Origin: Phoronis australis
Lineage: Eukaryota > Animalia > Phoronida
DNA: 64,000 bases
Assembly (NCBI GenBank): GCA_002633005.1
Contig: NMRA01000201.1
Span: forward strand, 503,989-567,988
Direction of reading: 5' to 3'
Shown here: positions 1-13,528 of the stretch, piece after piece
Layout of the letters: each line of letters begins with the position of its first letter
How positions within the stretch are numbered: the first letter of the stretch is position 1
Made by a program: the position numbers and the translations under genes
The notes under the pieces: generated by a model
The model's database searches: none
What the model saw: the letters and a program-made list of their open reading frames with translations, nothing else
What the model was told of the DNA's origin: nothing

Positions 1-1660
1 GGCTGGTCAAATTCTCAGCAGGCAGCGCTTTACGCAAACAAACTGGCATGACTGATAGAGGAAGTGTAAATGTGGTCTGTTGTACAGACACATCGGTGCT
101 TAAAATTTATGTTCAGGAAATGTGAATCCAGTAAATTGTGGTTGCTCCTTCCCGGAGTGCATCTTTCTACTGTCGATTACTTTTGTTTTCAATACTGTCC
201 TGTATTCATACAATATGAATAACATACCGATTAAATCGGCCAGATATGTGTTTATTGTAAATGTATGTACTACATGCACGCGGATATTAAACATTACTGC
301 AGAAACGAAATAGTTGCTGCTACGCCACTTGCATGACAAGGCTAAAAATCGTTCATAGCCCGCCATTTTCTCACATTGTTGTAAAGCTAACCAATGACTG
401 CCGAGGTTACATCAACCAATGCTAAAGCGCGTGCCACTACGTTATACCTGCATGCTGGCTAGGCTCGAGAATCAACTGACGCATGCGCTTCTCGCGCGCT
501 GTTTTATGTCCTAGGTAAGAGATTTTTTGTTAGAGTAGCGAAAAATTATGGTTCTCTCAAACTTATTTAGTGACATTCATTCTAACTCGTATATTAAAAA
601 ACAGTAAAAGTATGTTTTTGAAAGAAACATTATCAGAAATTAAAAAAAAATGTTTTATATTTATGTGCCATTATTATTTTTACGTTACCAATGTTTGAAG
701 TCAAAATTTAATCTTAGGGAAATACATGCATAGCAAAATATCCCCTTAGTCGACTTTAAATTAAACCTTTTTTAAACGAAAACTTCACAATTTCACATCA
801 AAAATGCTGTTAGGAGTTTTCGAATACTTATAGTTTTGTTTCGATGCCAAATTAACTCGGGGAAACCTAACTGCGTGTAACGGTGGGACATCTGTTGTCT
901 CGTTTCGTTAACTCTACGTAACGTTTCAGTTAAAATCTGAAGTTTTCCGATTAATTATTCGGTGAAGCTTGTTTTGTTCAATATAATCCTTGTCAGCTAT
1001 TTGAGCATCCACTCGTAATGCTACTAAATTGGCAGTGCCTAATTAAAGATGCTATGCCTCATTAAAACCGTGAATATTCAAATTTGTAGCAAGTGCCACC
1101 TAGTGAAGTCCTCAGGAGAAATTGTGTAGAAGTACACTCAGGAAAAGAAACAATTTGTAAATAAATTGCGGTTTTAAAGAAACCACCACGACTGATGAAA
1201 AATGCAAGTAATTTCGGATAATGAAATGAACAAATAATAAAAACTGTGCCTTGTTTCATTAGGGTAACCACAATGCGGTGGGGGTTTCCCAGGGATTTCC
1301 GTGTCGTACACTGTACCAAGAAATGTGGACGAGAAATGGGTGCAAATATAACGCCAGTTCAATGTCTGTCTGGGATGTCCTAGATGAAATGAATTCTCGA
1401 AAGGTATTCCTATGTATGTGAGCAGATTTTCGGTAACATTATCGGAAAATCAAAAGCGTAGAAGTAGAACGAATATTTGTTGGCCCTCCATGTATTTCTT
1501 AAAGATCAGGGGATTTTATGACAAAAGCATCATTGAAATTGTAATCAACTGTGCAGATATCGGTTGCGGCAAAGTAACTGTGTGCTCAAATGAAGGACGC
1601 AGTCTGGTTGTTTTCTCATGTTGCTAGGGCATTTCTCTCTAATTAATGCTATCCATTTCC

Positions 1661-2433
1661 CTATGTTAGAGTTGTTTTTTAATGTTTAAAGAGGCACGGA
1701 ACACGGAAACTGGTAAAAATACATTTCATTAAAATTATAGTGGTGAACTTCTTGGGAATGCTGACCTGAGAGTTATTCACTTTGAATATGCAAGAATTTC
1801 TAGAAAAAACGTCAGATTCAATACTTTTAAAATAAATTTTTCAATTTCTCCACCTCTTATAAAATATATGTGCGCATGCGCTAAAAAGTCAGAATGGCTT
1901 CTGCTTGAAATCGTCGTTGCTTTGTTTCTATTAAACGTCAAAGGTCACAATTTCCCTGCAAGGGAAATGTGCTCTGTCTACGTATTACCGTGCCAAATAA
2001 TGACGTGGACAAAATCGACGAAATTACAAGCAGTTTACAAGTCGATTTTAAACTTGAATGTAAAGGAAAAATGCTTTGACATACTACCAAACTGTAGAAA
2101 TGCTGGGTGAAGAGTTTGATCTACGTTTTATTGGCAGAGAAGCACTTATAATGAATGTTGCGATTTAGTCTGTTTTCCACGTTCTACCCGACTTTAAAGT
2201 AACTCAGTTATGATCACCTATATGAACTGGCTCCCGTTTCATGAAAACCGACGTAAGTTTGAAGACAAAATAACTAACCGAAACTCTGGCTAAGTTAAGA
2301 TCGAAGTCAAGCAACCGCTTCATGAACATGAAATTGGATGCTGTTCATCGATCTTACTGAGACAGAAATCAAGTCGATTTTCGACAAACTACGCTTTTGC
2401 CACCTATTGTGAATTCACAAAACTTAATCAGGT
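1661..2433 (+). repeat. Near-identical direct duplicate of 3281-4076
   Basis: Base-for-base match at offset about 1620 with few substitutions and small indels; the copies flank an N gap. Confidence 0.95.
1690..2193. mobile_element. TTAA-flanked MITE, Kolobok-like ends (second copy 3310-3813; partial diverged copy about 58410-58665)
   Basis: TTAA|AGAGGCACGGAACACGGAAA ... TTTTCCACGTTCTACCCGACT|TTAA; terminal inverted repeat is imperfect. Confidence 0.5.
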
Positions 2434-2540
2434 CAGTGGCGGATCTACGAGGGGGGTTCAGGGGGTTTAAACCCCCCCCTCGGGCCAGGACCCAAAAATT
2501 AAAAAAAAAAAACAAAAAAACAAAAGCGTCTCCAGCAAAA
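2434..2540 (+). mobile_element. Left end of a CAGTGGCGGATC-type MITE running into the gap
   Basis: Same terminus as the element at 8542; absent at the equivalent site (after 4076) in the duplicate copy. Confidence 0.75.
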
Positions 2541-3280
2541 NNNNNNNNNNNNNNNNNNNNNNNNNNNNNNNNNNNNNNNNNNNNNNNNNNNNNNNNNNNN
2601 NNNNNNNNNNNNNNNNNNNNNNNNNNNNNNNNNNNNNNNNNNNNNNNNNNNNNNNNNNNNNNNNNNNNNNNNNNNNNNNNNNNNNNNNNNNNNNNNNNNN
2701 NNNNNNNNNNNNNNNNNNNNNNNNNNNNNNNNNNNNNNNNNNNNNNNNNNNNNNNNNNNNNNNNNNNNNNNNNNNNNNNNNNNNNNNNNNNNNNNNNNNN
2801 NNNNNNNNNNNNNNNNNNNNNNNNNNNNNNNNNNNNNNNNNNNNNNNNNNNNNNNNNNNNNNNNNNNNNNNNNNNNNNNNNNNNNNNNNNNNNNNNNNNN
2901 NNNNNNNNNNNNNNNNNNNNNNNNNNNNNNNNNNNNNNNNNNNNNNNNNNNNNNNNNNNNNNNNNNNNNNNNNNNNNNNNNNNNNNNNNNNNNNNNNNNN
3001 NNNNNNNNNNNNNNNNNNNNNNNNNNNNNNNNNNNNNNNNNNNNNNNNNNNNNNNNNNNNNNNNNNNNNNNNNNNNNNNNNNNNNNNNNNNNNNNNNNNN
3101 NNNNNNNNNNNNNNNNNNNNNNNNNNNNNNNNNNNNNNNNNNNNNNNNNNNNNNNNNNNNNNNNNNNNNNNNNNNNNNNNNNNNNNNNNNNNNNNNNNNN
3201 NNNNNNNNNNNNNNNNNNNNNNNNNNNNNNNNNNNNNNNNNNNNNNNNNNNNNNNNNNNNNNNNNNNNNNNNNNNNNNNN
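2541..3280. other. Assembly gap
   Basis: N run. Confidence 1.
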
Positions 3281-4076
3281 CTATGTTAGAGTTGTTTTTT
3301 AATGTTTAAAGAGGCACGGAACACGGAAACTGGTAAAAATACATTTCATTAAAATTATAGCGGTGAACTTCTTGGGAATGCTAACCTGAGAGTTATTCAC
3401 TTTGAATATGCAAGAATTTCTAGAAAAAACGTCAGATTCAATACTTTTAAAATAAAGTTTTCAATTTCTCCACCTCTTATAATATATATGTGCGCATGCG
3501 CTAAAAAGTCAGAATGGCTTCTGCTTGAAATCGTCGTTGCTTTGTTTCTATTAAACGTCAAAGGTCACAATTTCCCTGCAAGGGAAATGTGCTCTGTCTA
3601 CGTCTTACCGTGCCAAATAATGACGTGGACAAAATCGACGAAGTTACAAGCAGTTTGCAAGTCGATTTTAAACTTGAATGTAAAGGAAAAATGCTTTGAC
3701 ATACTACCAAACTGTAGGAATGCTGGGTGATGAGTTTGATCTACGTTTTATTGGCAGAGAAGCACTTATAATGAATGTTGCGATTTAGTCTGTTTTCCAC
3801 GTTCTACCCGACTTTAAAGTAACTCAGTTATGATCACCTATATGAACTGGCTCCCGTTTCATGAAAACCGACGTAAGTTTGAAGACGAAAAAACTAATTT
3901 AAAACCGAAATTCTGGCTAAGTTAAGATCGAAGTCAAGCATTCAGAAAAGACCGCTTCATGATCATGAAATTGGATGCTGTTCATCGATCTTACTGAGAC
4001 AGAAATCAAGTCGATTTTCGACAAACTACATGTACGCTTTTGCCACCTACTGTGAATTCACAAAACTTAATCAGGT
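3281..4076 (+). repeat. Near-identical direct duplicate of 1661-2433
   Basis: Begins exactly at the gap edge; continues past CAGGT without the element that interrupts copy 1. Confidence 0.95.
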
Positions 4077-7000
4077 GGTGTGTGAAAAACGATTTCAGCA
4101 ATAATCTTGGTTTGGAAATATATGGGGGTTTATTTAAATTTTGAATGCACTAAATTAGAATCTGTTTGCTTGAGAACACCCTGGTATGGCTGGAAAATAT
4201 TACTTCGCATGTGCCGGTATATGTCGCACCACATTGTCTCTACGCCACTTGCCGGTTCCTGAATCGAAAGCAGACGATCTCTAGGGACATTAGAGTGTGA
4301 AAAATATCACCGAGATTTGTTCCTCAAGCGTGGTAGTTGTCCTAAATTTTGGTCATTTAGACTAAAAGTCCAATCTTAGAAGGATATTAAACTCTGTTTT
4401 GATGATTTGAACCAATCCCCGTTCTGTCTTCTGCTAATGCGTCATTGGCGCCAATCTTGAACGACAAAAGCAGGAATCAACTAAAAACGTATACTTCCTT
4501 TGTCACAGATTCGGTATCATACTTAGTGGGTGGTCTTCCTCCACAGGAAGTCGGTAAAGTCATATGTCGCGTTTGCCCATTTAGCAGACTTCAGAAGGAG
4601 TTTTCAAAATTTTCAACAAACTTTTGAGAGTTGTTGGGGTTTAGAGAGCATCATTTTGTTTCAGTGAATTGGATGCGAATGTCGTTTTTGATAATATGTT
4701 TATAGGCCAAAACCGAGTTTGATATCCTTTCAAACCTAATCCATAGCAATCAACTTTCGGGCTTAGATTGGGTCGATTTCGGTTTTAATAATGGTCTTAA
4801 GAAATTTCATTAAGGGAAAATAAGTTTGCCCAGCTTAGTCTAATAAGTTGGTTTCATGAAACAGGTCCCTGGTTGTACTATTATATATAGTCATTCGATT
4901 ATTGTATTGGAAAGTGTTGTTTTCTACACTCGATGCAACCAAACAAAAACAGATAATTTCACCCACGTCGTTGTTCAAATTTATTAAGAGATGGTTGTCG
5001 GGGACACCGCAGTAATTTTTAGTGACGTAGAAACCATATGACAGTAAACAACATTCGCCACTAGAACGCACATAAGTGTAAAGCACATGCGCACTGTAAA
5101 ATTGTGCTAGTACAACTACAAATGTAAACCCACCAAACAAAAATAAAAAACTTAGTGAACCACAAAATGCAACCCCTTAATATACCAGATTAGCATTTTT
5201 GTTTTGCTCGAGATATTTTCGTGACACGCGCCATCCTATCACGCTGAGGTTGTGCAGGTATCTTTTCAAATGAAACGTAAATAATGAACCAGGTTACACG
5301 GTCGGCTTGATCGTGCAGAGTTTGTGATCACCGTGCGTTTTCAATCGTTTAAGCGTCTCTTGCGTTTATGAATGATTGCGTCGCCGTAAATGAAATCTTC
5401 GCGCTACCCAATTCGGAAAATTTAGTTTCACCTAGGAACAAACTCAGTTACATTGCATTCGTGTAAAACCAACAATGTAATTTTGTAACTTCAATAGCAG
5501 AATTCCTGCCACTCAACTTTCACTACCCTGTGAACAAAAGATAAGCTATTACGAATCAAGTTGGAATGGGATCTTTCTTCACACTCAGATTTGGCAAAAT
5601 TTCATCGTCTCTCAAGTCCAATTGTGGTGACGTTTAACCTTGTACTTTCTACTATACACCCAGTGAAGACTAACTCAGCTTTTCGGAGGCTCGGTGCACA
5701 CCCTGTTTGGTTTGTCCGAGGTCCTGCGCACTATATAGAAGTCCATGGTTGATACTAATCCTACTAAATAAAACAATGCCTTTGCCATAGTAAACGTGAA
5801 TTCAAATAGGAATCAAGATTTTGAGTTTTCATAATTTTATCTTTTTCCGGTAATGTCTACGATTATACGACTCCCCAGCTCTTATTTTGGTTGTCGCATC
5901 ATGAAAATATGTGTAAACCGTGGTAAAAATCCTTCTATAAACACAGAAAGGGATATCTGCTTGTTTTTGTTCGTAACAACGTAACACCTATTCATGAACA
6001 TTACTAGACAATTCAGATCGTATTCTTGCTGTTGCCAATTTTAGTACTGTTCTGACATGGAACTTGTCCAATAACAAATTGTTTAGATTGTATTTTCTAA
6101 CGAAAGTGTTTAAGTGTGTACTAGATTCGTGGTTTGCTTCTAGCCCTGGGGTTTCTGGTGCTGTGAACAATTGTTTTTGTTTTGTTGAGTTACGCTAGCA
6201 AATACATCTATATTATCTACACTTAATCTGCTTTTACCAATGCTAAAAATCAGATTACGGTTTGAAGTCTCAGTTGTAATACATGTACATGTAGCACTTG
6301 CTTTTCTCGTACAGTAAACTACCTGTCCTGTCAGGTGTTGACATTTTGATACCCGGCTCGCTTAAGAAGTAAATACCCTATACAGCCCTCAAATACAAGG
6401 ATGAAAGGCAATCAATCAAAGCTAAATCGAGAAATCGTGACTGAGTCTCGCCTGATGATCCGCCAAACAACTATGTTTGGTTGGTCAAGCGACAAACGTA
6501 AGTTACCAAAACAAACGTTGCTTTTGTGTCTCTCGCAACAACAGCACGCATGATATACGTTCCGGTCAGTAATCAAGATGTGTAGTTTTCGTGGGAAATA
6601 GCCCATTACTCAGATCAGCAACCTAAAGTTTAAAAATGAATCTGGGGAATTACGCCATACAACTGTTTCGATAAAAAAATCTTCGTGCAGGCAGAATAGA
6701 AACTGACCCGAAATCACATAAAAAATATTCTTAAAATGTTTAGATGATCCCAGAAAGCAGAAGCCGGGTAACGCGCAACTTTGTCTCTCGGGAGAGGCTG
6801 CGCTTCAGAAAATAGTCTCAGTTCTAAAATGCAAATTTAATAATGGTTTGGTGGCGATTATACACCCATAACGTGATTCGTCACGGGCCATTGTACAATT
6901 AGAACGTGAAACTATATTCAGTTGCGACTCGTCCTCATTATGCCAGAGAGAGTCGTGTGATTCGACGTAGACGGCCGCCTATCGCTACGTCCGTCGAATC

Positions 7001-8541
7001 ACTCGCAAAAGCATTATACCAGCTAACTAGTGTAATATAGGCTGTTTCAGCCTGTTCAGGGTTGAAAAGGGTTGCAGAGCATTATTTTATTGCAAAGACT
7101 TTAAACACGATTTGGTGATAACTATTAGAGTTCAACGACTTTTTAAGCTGGTCATGTCTGTAGTTAAATTTCGTGATGACATGTTTTCCGTTACATGTTG
7201 AGATATACCCGGATGTCATGCGTGATGATGAAGTTTTGTAGTAGCCCTCGTCTCACAGCTTGTTGTCGACTATAACTTGCCCACATTCTGTCATCTGACT
7301 GTATGAATAGTAATAGTTTTTTCGGAGTATTCACTATTTACCAATGATTTGCAAAGTGAACTAATCGGACATGAACAACTCAGCCACTGTGGCATCTTTC
7401 TTGAAAGAAAAGAGAGAGATAATATTTTCTAGCCTATCGAGAAGAACATTAATAAATGAAAAAAAAAAATTAAAAATGTTTTCTTTACAGTACATGTAAC
7501 TCCTTCGAACTACGGATAGATAAAATGCAATTGCATCTATTTTTGAAGGTCTACACAACATGTTTCGATGATACAAACTTTCACTTTTTCCAGACGCATA
7601 TTTGCTTTCCAAATCGAGGCCATCGCGTTCTTATTGGTGATTTGAAACTGATTACACATACAATAAATCTGTCGTTCTCTTGGACAGGCCATACTGCATT
7701 GGCTACTGAAACTTTTCCGTCGTGACATGAGTGTCAGTGACTTCAATCCAGTCAGTTTTGCCTACTATTTTCTACCTCATGTTACTTCTCGAGGTGCAAA
7801 GCTACATACGTCCAACTTTGTAACACAAAAAGGGTTAATTAGTGAATTCATGAAACTAGCGTTTCTTGACCCTATGTTTGTCAAAAGGTGACATCGTAAA
7901 TATCACGTAATCAATTGAGTTTGGCCCCGGTAGCGTTTCGTAGAACAAGGTTTTGGGTTGAGATTTCAAAAAAAAAACACGCAAAAACACGCGTATGCAG
8001 ATACTTGTTTGGCAATCTTAGAATGAGTCCTACGATCATTGCGATGATAAAGTGAAGTGAAATTAGTAAGTAAATTGTGGGTTTTGAGAACTGAAATTGA
8101 TTTCTTTCATAAACTCTAATGGGTCTAGTGTGGAGAAATGACGCCTTTGTGTTCCTTTCACGTCAGCAAATCATGTTTAACATACTAAGGAACAGAAAAG
8201 TAGGGCCTTACCGATTTTAAGTAAGGTCCTACTTACATTAATGATTCTGGCGACAGTGGAGGATTTAGTGCTCATTTAGTACCTCTGCACTAATAGCATT
8301 GCTTGCTATTCCTGAAACATGCACTAATGCAGTATATTCTAGTGGTAGTCGTAAATAAACAATTTTACAACTTCTTAAATTGCTCGAGTGCAAGGTGGTA
8401 CTTGAAGTCCTAACAAAGCTGAAGTACCTGGCGTTTGCAATTTTTTGAGGACACTTGCCCCCCCTCCTCCCTACCGCTTCTCATGCCCCTTAACTTAAGT
8501 CTGATTTTATGAATCAGCAAATGTGTCAGTAAGCACAATAC

Positions 8542-9521
8542 CAGTGGCGGATCTAGGACATCACAAGGGGGGCCCAACATGTCCGGCTGTAAGCATTTGC
8601 GCAAACCACAATTGTAGATGCGCATAGGAGGTAGGGAGGGGGTTTGCCCCCCGCCCAGGAAATTTTTCTGTTTTTTCCTCTAAAAATCAAGCATTTCCTT
8701 GATTCCTGAAGTATTATCCCAGAAAAAAGGCAAAAAAAAAAACACGGAGAACATGTCAAACAGGAAAAACAGCAAGCACTACAAACTCGAACTCACGACC
8801 TGGCGGATAGAGCGCGCGAGCTTTACCACTAGACCACCACTAAGTTAGTACTAAGAGAACTACTTGTTTATGGTCCATAGCGTTTGCGCGCGAAACCTAC
8901 TTCTTTTTGTAAGGCTTATTACACGTTTTATATTTTGTGCAATCGGTTCTTAGCAAATTTTTGTATTTAAAATAGTTTTCAAATGCCCAAAAGACCAAAT
9001 CCGTTTTTCGTGTTGGCAATAATGACGGGGTTGCTTTGGAAATTGTCTTAAGTTAAGGTTTGACAAAAAGAGAATTATGAGTTTCTGAATGATTCACTAA
9101 GGCTTCGATTAAAATTCACATCTTACCAGCAGCTTTAGTTTTTTCATCGTCACTCAGGTTCCATTTTCTTTAAAAAATGAAGTAAATCTTCTTCATTGCC
9201 CACTGGAACAAACGACGGAAACGGAGTCGTAGTGCGCAGCGCCACTGCCAGTCGCCTGGGATATCGCGGGAGAGCCATAGTTCCGTTACGAATGCGCCGT
9301 GTTCCGAATTTGACACTTGAAATTGGATCTGAGCCCCCCCCCCCCTCCCCCAAACACTAAAACTGCACACATTTAAATCTTGTTTCATCCGTATAATTCT
9401 AATTGCCGAGGTTAATTAATAAGCTCAACATTTCCCTACGCTCGGCTGTTTAGTTATTTTTTTGCGGCAGCCAAGGGGGGGGGGGGGCAGGCCCCCTGGC
9501 CCCCCCGTAAATCCGCCTATG
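8542..9521 (+). mobile_element. Non-autonomous DNA transposon, CA..TG ends, 5-bp TSD (hAT5-like)
   Basis: AATAC|CAGTGGCGGATCTA ... TAAATCCGCCTATG|AATAC; internal homology to 19309-19692 plus 22816-23282. Confidence 0.8.
8785..8838 (-). promoter_or_regulatory. tRNA-like Pol III A-box/B-box inside the MITE
   Basis: Minus strand TGGTCTAGTGG (8836-8826) then GAGTTCGAGT (8794-8785) at tRNA-like spacing; degraded homolog at about 19475-19529. Confidence 0.5.
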
Positions 9522-10271
9522 AATACACATAAGAACGACGATGTCTTATTGCCCAGTGCCACGATTCCTGTGACGTAGAAACGTCATTGTGCAAAATGGC
9601 TTCTTGTGTCTTACTTCGCTAAGAAACGTTCTGCATAATTATTTAGCGTTGTCATTCGAGGGTCAAGGCTGTTTGAGCAAGCTCACAGAACACAAATCGT
9701 CGCAGACCAAAACAGGAAAGTTCAGAAGTTCATGAATGAATGAAAGGTATGTCAACACGTGGTGTCATATTGTTTATAACCTGGAGTGATATATAATGAA
9801 TAGACGAAACGTCGAATCAATATGAACATTTGCATTTGTGCGGCGATTGTCCGTTTTTGATCCTATAATGGCCACAAACTGATGTAATATACCTCACAAG
9901 ATACGCAGAAATGACGTCACATCCAAAGTAGAAAGTTATCGGAAATGGATCTTAAGGTTACAAAGGAAGAAAGATGGTACAGGACTAATAGTTTCCTGTT
10001 AAAGGCTCCTGGGACGCGTGCTATGAAAAAACATGTAGGTCTAAGCTGAGACCGAAAGTTAGCCTGCTACGGAGTATTCCTGAGATGGGACTTCAGGTCT
10101 AAATGACCAACATCTAGGACTATTTTCACTGCTAACTGTTGAGGAACTGTTGATACTTTTGTTCAAAATTTAATGTCCCTAAACAATGGTGAATTGAAGA
10201 TAGCTTACTATCGATTCGAAAACAGGCAAAGTGGCTCAGACTCGTATAGACGATACAGTGCAACTTACCTT

Positions 10272-10460
10272 CACATTCGAAATGATATTTTTCAGCCATA
10301 CCAAAGGGTTCTCAAGTAAAGGACATCCCAACTGCATACTCAAAATCATGTAAATTAGTGCCAGTTTTAGAATTTCAATACCAAGAATATCCTTCGACCG
10401 TGATTCACTCACAGTGTACCATCTCGTTTTGTGAATTCACAACAGGTTGCAAAGGCGTAG
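10272..10460 (-). repeat. Inverted diverged homolog of 4033-4213
   Basis: Shared blocks TACGCYTTTGC.ACCT..TGTGAATTCACAAAAC and TTGAGAAC..GGTATGGCTG.AAAATAT..TTCG.ATGTG. Confidence 0.65.
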
Positions 10461-11458
10461 CTTGTACGCTCACCTATATTCAAAATCCGACTTAATTTCT
10501 GTTTAAAACCAAAAACAAAAAACAAGCGTAGTTTTCTTGACATGGTCTTTTTCTGAATTTTCGCCTCCGGTACGAAACTCTGTACACATTTGTGATCTTT
10601 GGTCTTTACTCTCAATTCATTTTTTCATGGTACAGGCCCCTGGATTAGAATTGAAGTAACGATAGATGCCCTGACAGTTATTCCAGTCAAACACGGTGTG
10701 CGGAACGAATGCCCTTTTCCTGTAGTCAGCTGTGTGCTCGATACGTTCCGACAACCTTCAAGGGGCTTATTCTTAGATGGCAGGCGGCGGTAGAAAGCAC
10801 TAACAGAAGAGTTGTGCACTAATTACCTGTAGAATATTCCAAGTCTTTCTGACTTCCACATTTCACCAAAGAGAAGCCATTTGAGGTTCCCAAATTTAGA
10901 ATTGACATTTGACATTCATCTAAAACACCGATCTTCTCTTATCGTGAATATTCTTAGCTGTGAAGGAGTTCACCCATTGCTTTGTGGGCAAGTTGAAAAG
11001 TTGACAAAGAACTCTAAAGTTTCTTCGAAGGAATGATACCAAACTCTGTTTGGTGATTTCTACTCATCGATCACTTGAGTGATAGAAGCAGGGTTCAGCT
11101 GAAGCACCCACTTACTGTGTGACATAGTATTGAGATGGTTCTTGGTGGAAGGACTTTCTCCGTATTTGTCGTGTAACAGACCCAAGACGTGGAACACGTT
11201 TGCTGATCAATAAACTTTGTAAGGGGTTTTCAGATTTGTTCCAAAATGCAGAGCAGTATGTTGTTTTAGAGATCCGGATAAAAATTGCTGTTGAATTCTG
11301 CTAATAGGACTTTAAAAGCCGGGTTTAGTGTCCTTTTAAGGCTGTGATACATTTCATTAAAAGATCAACACAAATGAATATGAAAGAATCTGTTGCGGTC
11401 ATCTGAAATTAAAAAATCCCGACATTCGGACTCCTTATGTTATCCTTGAGCTGCCCAT

Positions 11459-11480
11459 TGTGTGTGTGTGTGTGTGTGTG
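11459..11480. repeat. (TG)n microsatellite at gap edge
   Basis: Direct reading; TG resumes after the gap. Confidence 0.95.
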
Positions 11481-11783
11481 NNNNNNNNNNNNNNNNNNNN
11501 NNNNNNNNNNNNNNNNNNNNNNNNNNNNNNNNNNNNNNNNNNNNNNNNNNNNNNNNNNNNNNNNNNNNNNNNNNNNNNNNNNNNNNNNNNNNNNNNNNNN
11601 NNNNNNNNNNNNNNNNNNNNNNNNNNNNNNNNNNNNNNNNNNNNNNNNNNNNNNNNNNNNNNNNNNNNNNNNNNNNNNNNNNNNNNNNNNNNNNNNNNNN
11701 NNNNNNNNNNNNNNNNNNNNNNNNNNNNNNNNNNNNNNNNNNNNNNNNNNNNNNNNNNNNNNNNNNNNNNNNNNNNNNNNNNN
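11481..11783. other. Assembly gap
   Basis: N run. Confidence 1.
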
Positions 11784-13528
11784 TTTGTGTGTGTTGCTTG
11801 CTTCGCCACCTGTTCCCTAGTCCCAGTAAGAAATAGAGTTCTACCTTTATGGAATCAAGCACAAGTCACATTTCTTCTGAACTGGCCAAACTTTCTGTCA
11901 TTTTATCATCTGCGAACAGTTTGACTTCAGCGAAATACAACTAATGAGAGGCACGTTTTAGGAAAGAAAAGCAGACAAGGTCCCAGAACTGATCCTTGCG
12001 ATCATGATATTTCAACTGGGAAACTTGATTACAATCCTTGCAATCCCAACTTGGTTCCTGGCATTTAAGAATATGTTAAACCCACCATTTATCCCTAAAA
12101 CGGGGCTTAATATCCTTTTATGCTTATTTTACTAAGTTAAGTTTACGCTGATACGTATTTCCTGTGAATTTTACCTGTACTGCTCTAAACATGTCTATAT
12201 CCATAGCTATAGTTGGTGAGAAAAACAATTACAAATCTCTTTACATGTCAATGTTCGGGTAATCTATCATTCACTTCCCAAACCAAGCAGACGTTAAAGC
12301 TTTAATGGATGATAATAATGTGAGTGAGTATAAGCAACCAATAAACACATTTTATTTTAAACTGGGTCAGCATGACTGTAATTTATACATGGGGGTGTAC
12401 CACTGGTGGACGTTACTTTGGCACGTAAATTTCAAGACGGCGTAAGTTCACGCAGGACTTCGCGAGATATCGTCACATATTACAAGTGAATCACGTGATC
12501 ACACTAGCTTCCTTCGCGAGATTATTGTGTCTGCTAAGCTCAACCCGTTACACACATACTGCATTGGGGCTCTCAAAGGCGTTTCTTTAAAAATACATCA
12601 GGGCTAGTTTACAATCAAGTTTGTGACGCTGGTTTTTAAACACTAAAAACTTCATGAATTTGTTCAGGTAGTTTGAAATGTTGAGCTAAACTTATTTCCA
12701 GGCGGATATTATTTGTTCCAATCGGACCTATCGTTCCCGATATATGTACCATTTCGTTGGTGCAGGTTCACTGAGTAAAGCTCAACGTACACGGAGTAAA
12801 TAACGTGATACCTGAACGAAGACTGGACGCATCACTGGGAGGGTATAATTATTCTAAGAATGGCTTCGGCTTTAACACCAGAGTTCATCCTTAGGATTAG
12901 TATTCTAGTGGCCAACGTGAAAAGACAGCACAGTAATGTGTATTTTACATAACAATAACCTATTTTTACAACTGACAATTTTAAAGCGGAACAAACCCCA
13001 TTTTCCGTCACAGAAACATTATTTTTCTAGACCAAGTACCGCCGTAAAAATAACATTGACTAATTACCGACTAGCATAAGAAGTGCTTATAGGAGTTTAA
13101 AAAAATGATGACATTGCTTTATACCATGCCACTTGCAGAAAATGACTCGCCATGACAAGTCAATGTTCACACCCTGGTCTAAAAAATCACCTGATGTGCA
13201 AGCTAAAAACCATCACTAAATAAATCCAGACCTATTTCAACGGTTTCCGATATAAATCAAAAACTAACTTTTGTGAAGGAAGTCGGGTTTATAGCCGTTT
13301 TAACTTGATGCAAGTGTACCAAACATTGTGTATGCAGAGGTGTACATCAATATACTGTAGTCCAGTTTCTTCTCATACCATCATCTCGTTTCGGTTGACA
13401 GATTTTCCGTGAATTACCATGCATTGGTGGTTTTATAAGTGAGACAACACGATTTAGGGTCACAGTCCTTCGCCTCGCTTAACTGGTTGGGCATCTTCTT
13501 CACAGAGTTGACCAGAGTTGGACGCATA

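Noticed and set aside
1-759. Right end of a TTAA-type MITE or KolX-like relic
   Set aside because: The other terminus would be outside the window and protein similarity is too weak.
1868-2110. Duplicated 80-aa ORF (also 3488-3730)
   Set aside because: Lies inside a MITE within the near-identical duplicate; no recognisable protein motif.
2397-3302. Long ORFs spanning N runs (also 11435-11924, 56543-56815)
   Set aside because: Artefacts of translating assembly gaps.
9700-9752. Possible 5'UTR exon ending AAG|GTATGT that could splice to 13506
   Set aside because: Only a donor-like site; cannot be told apart from other candidates without transcripts.
9999-11339. Possible TTAA-flanked element
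   Set aside because: The two ends do not form a convincing inverted repeat.
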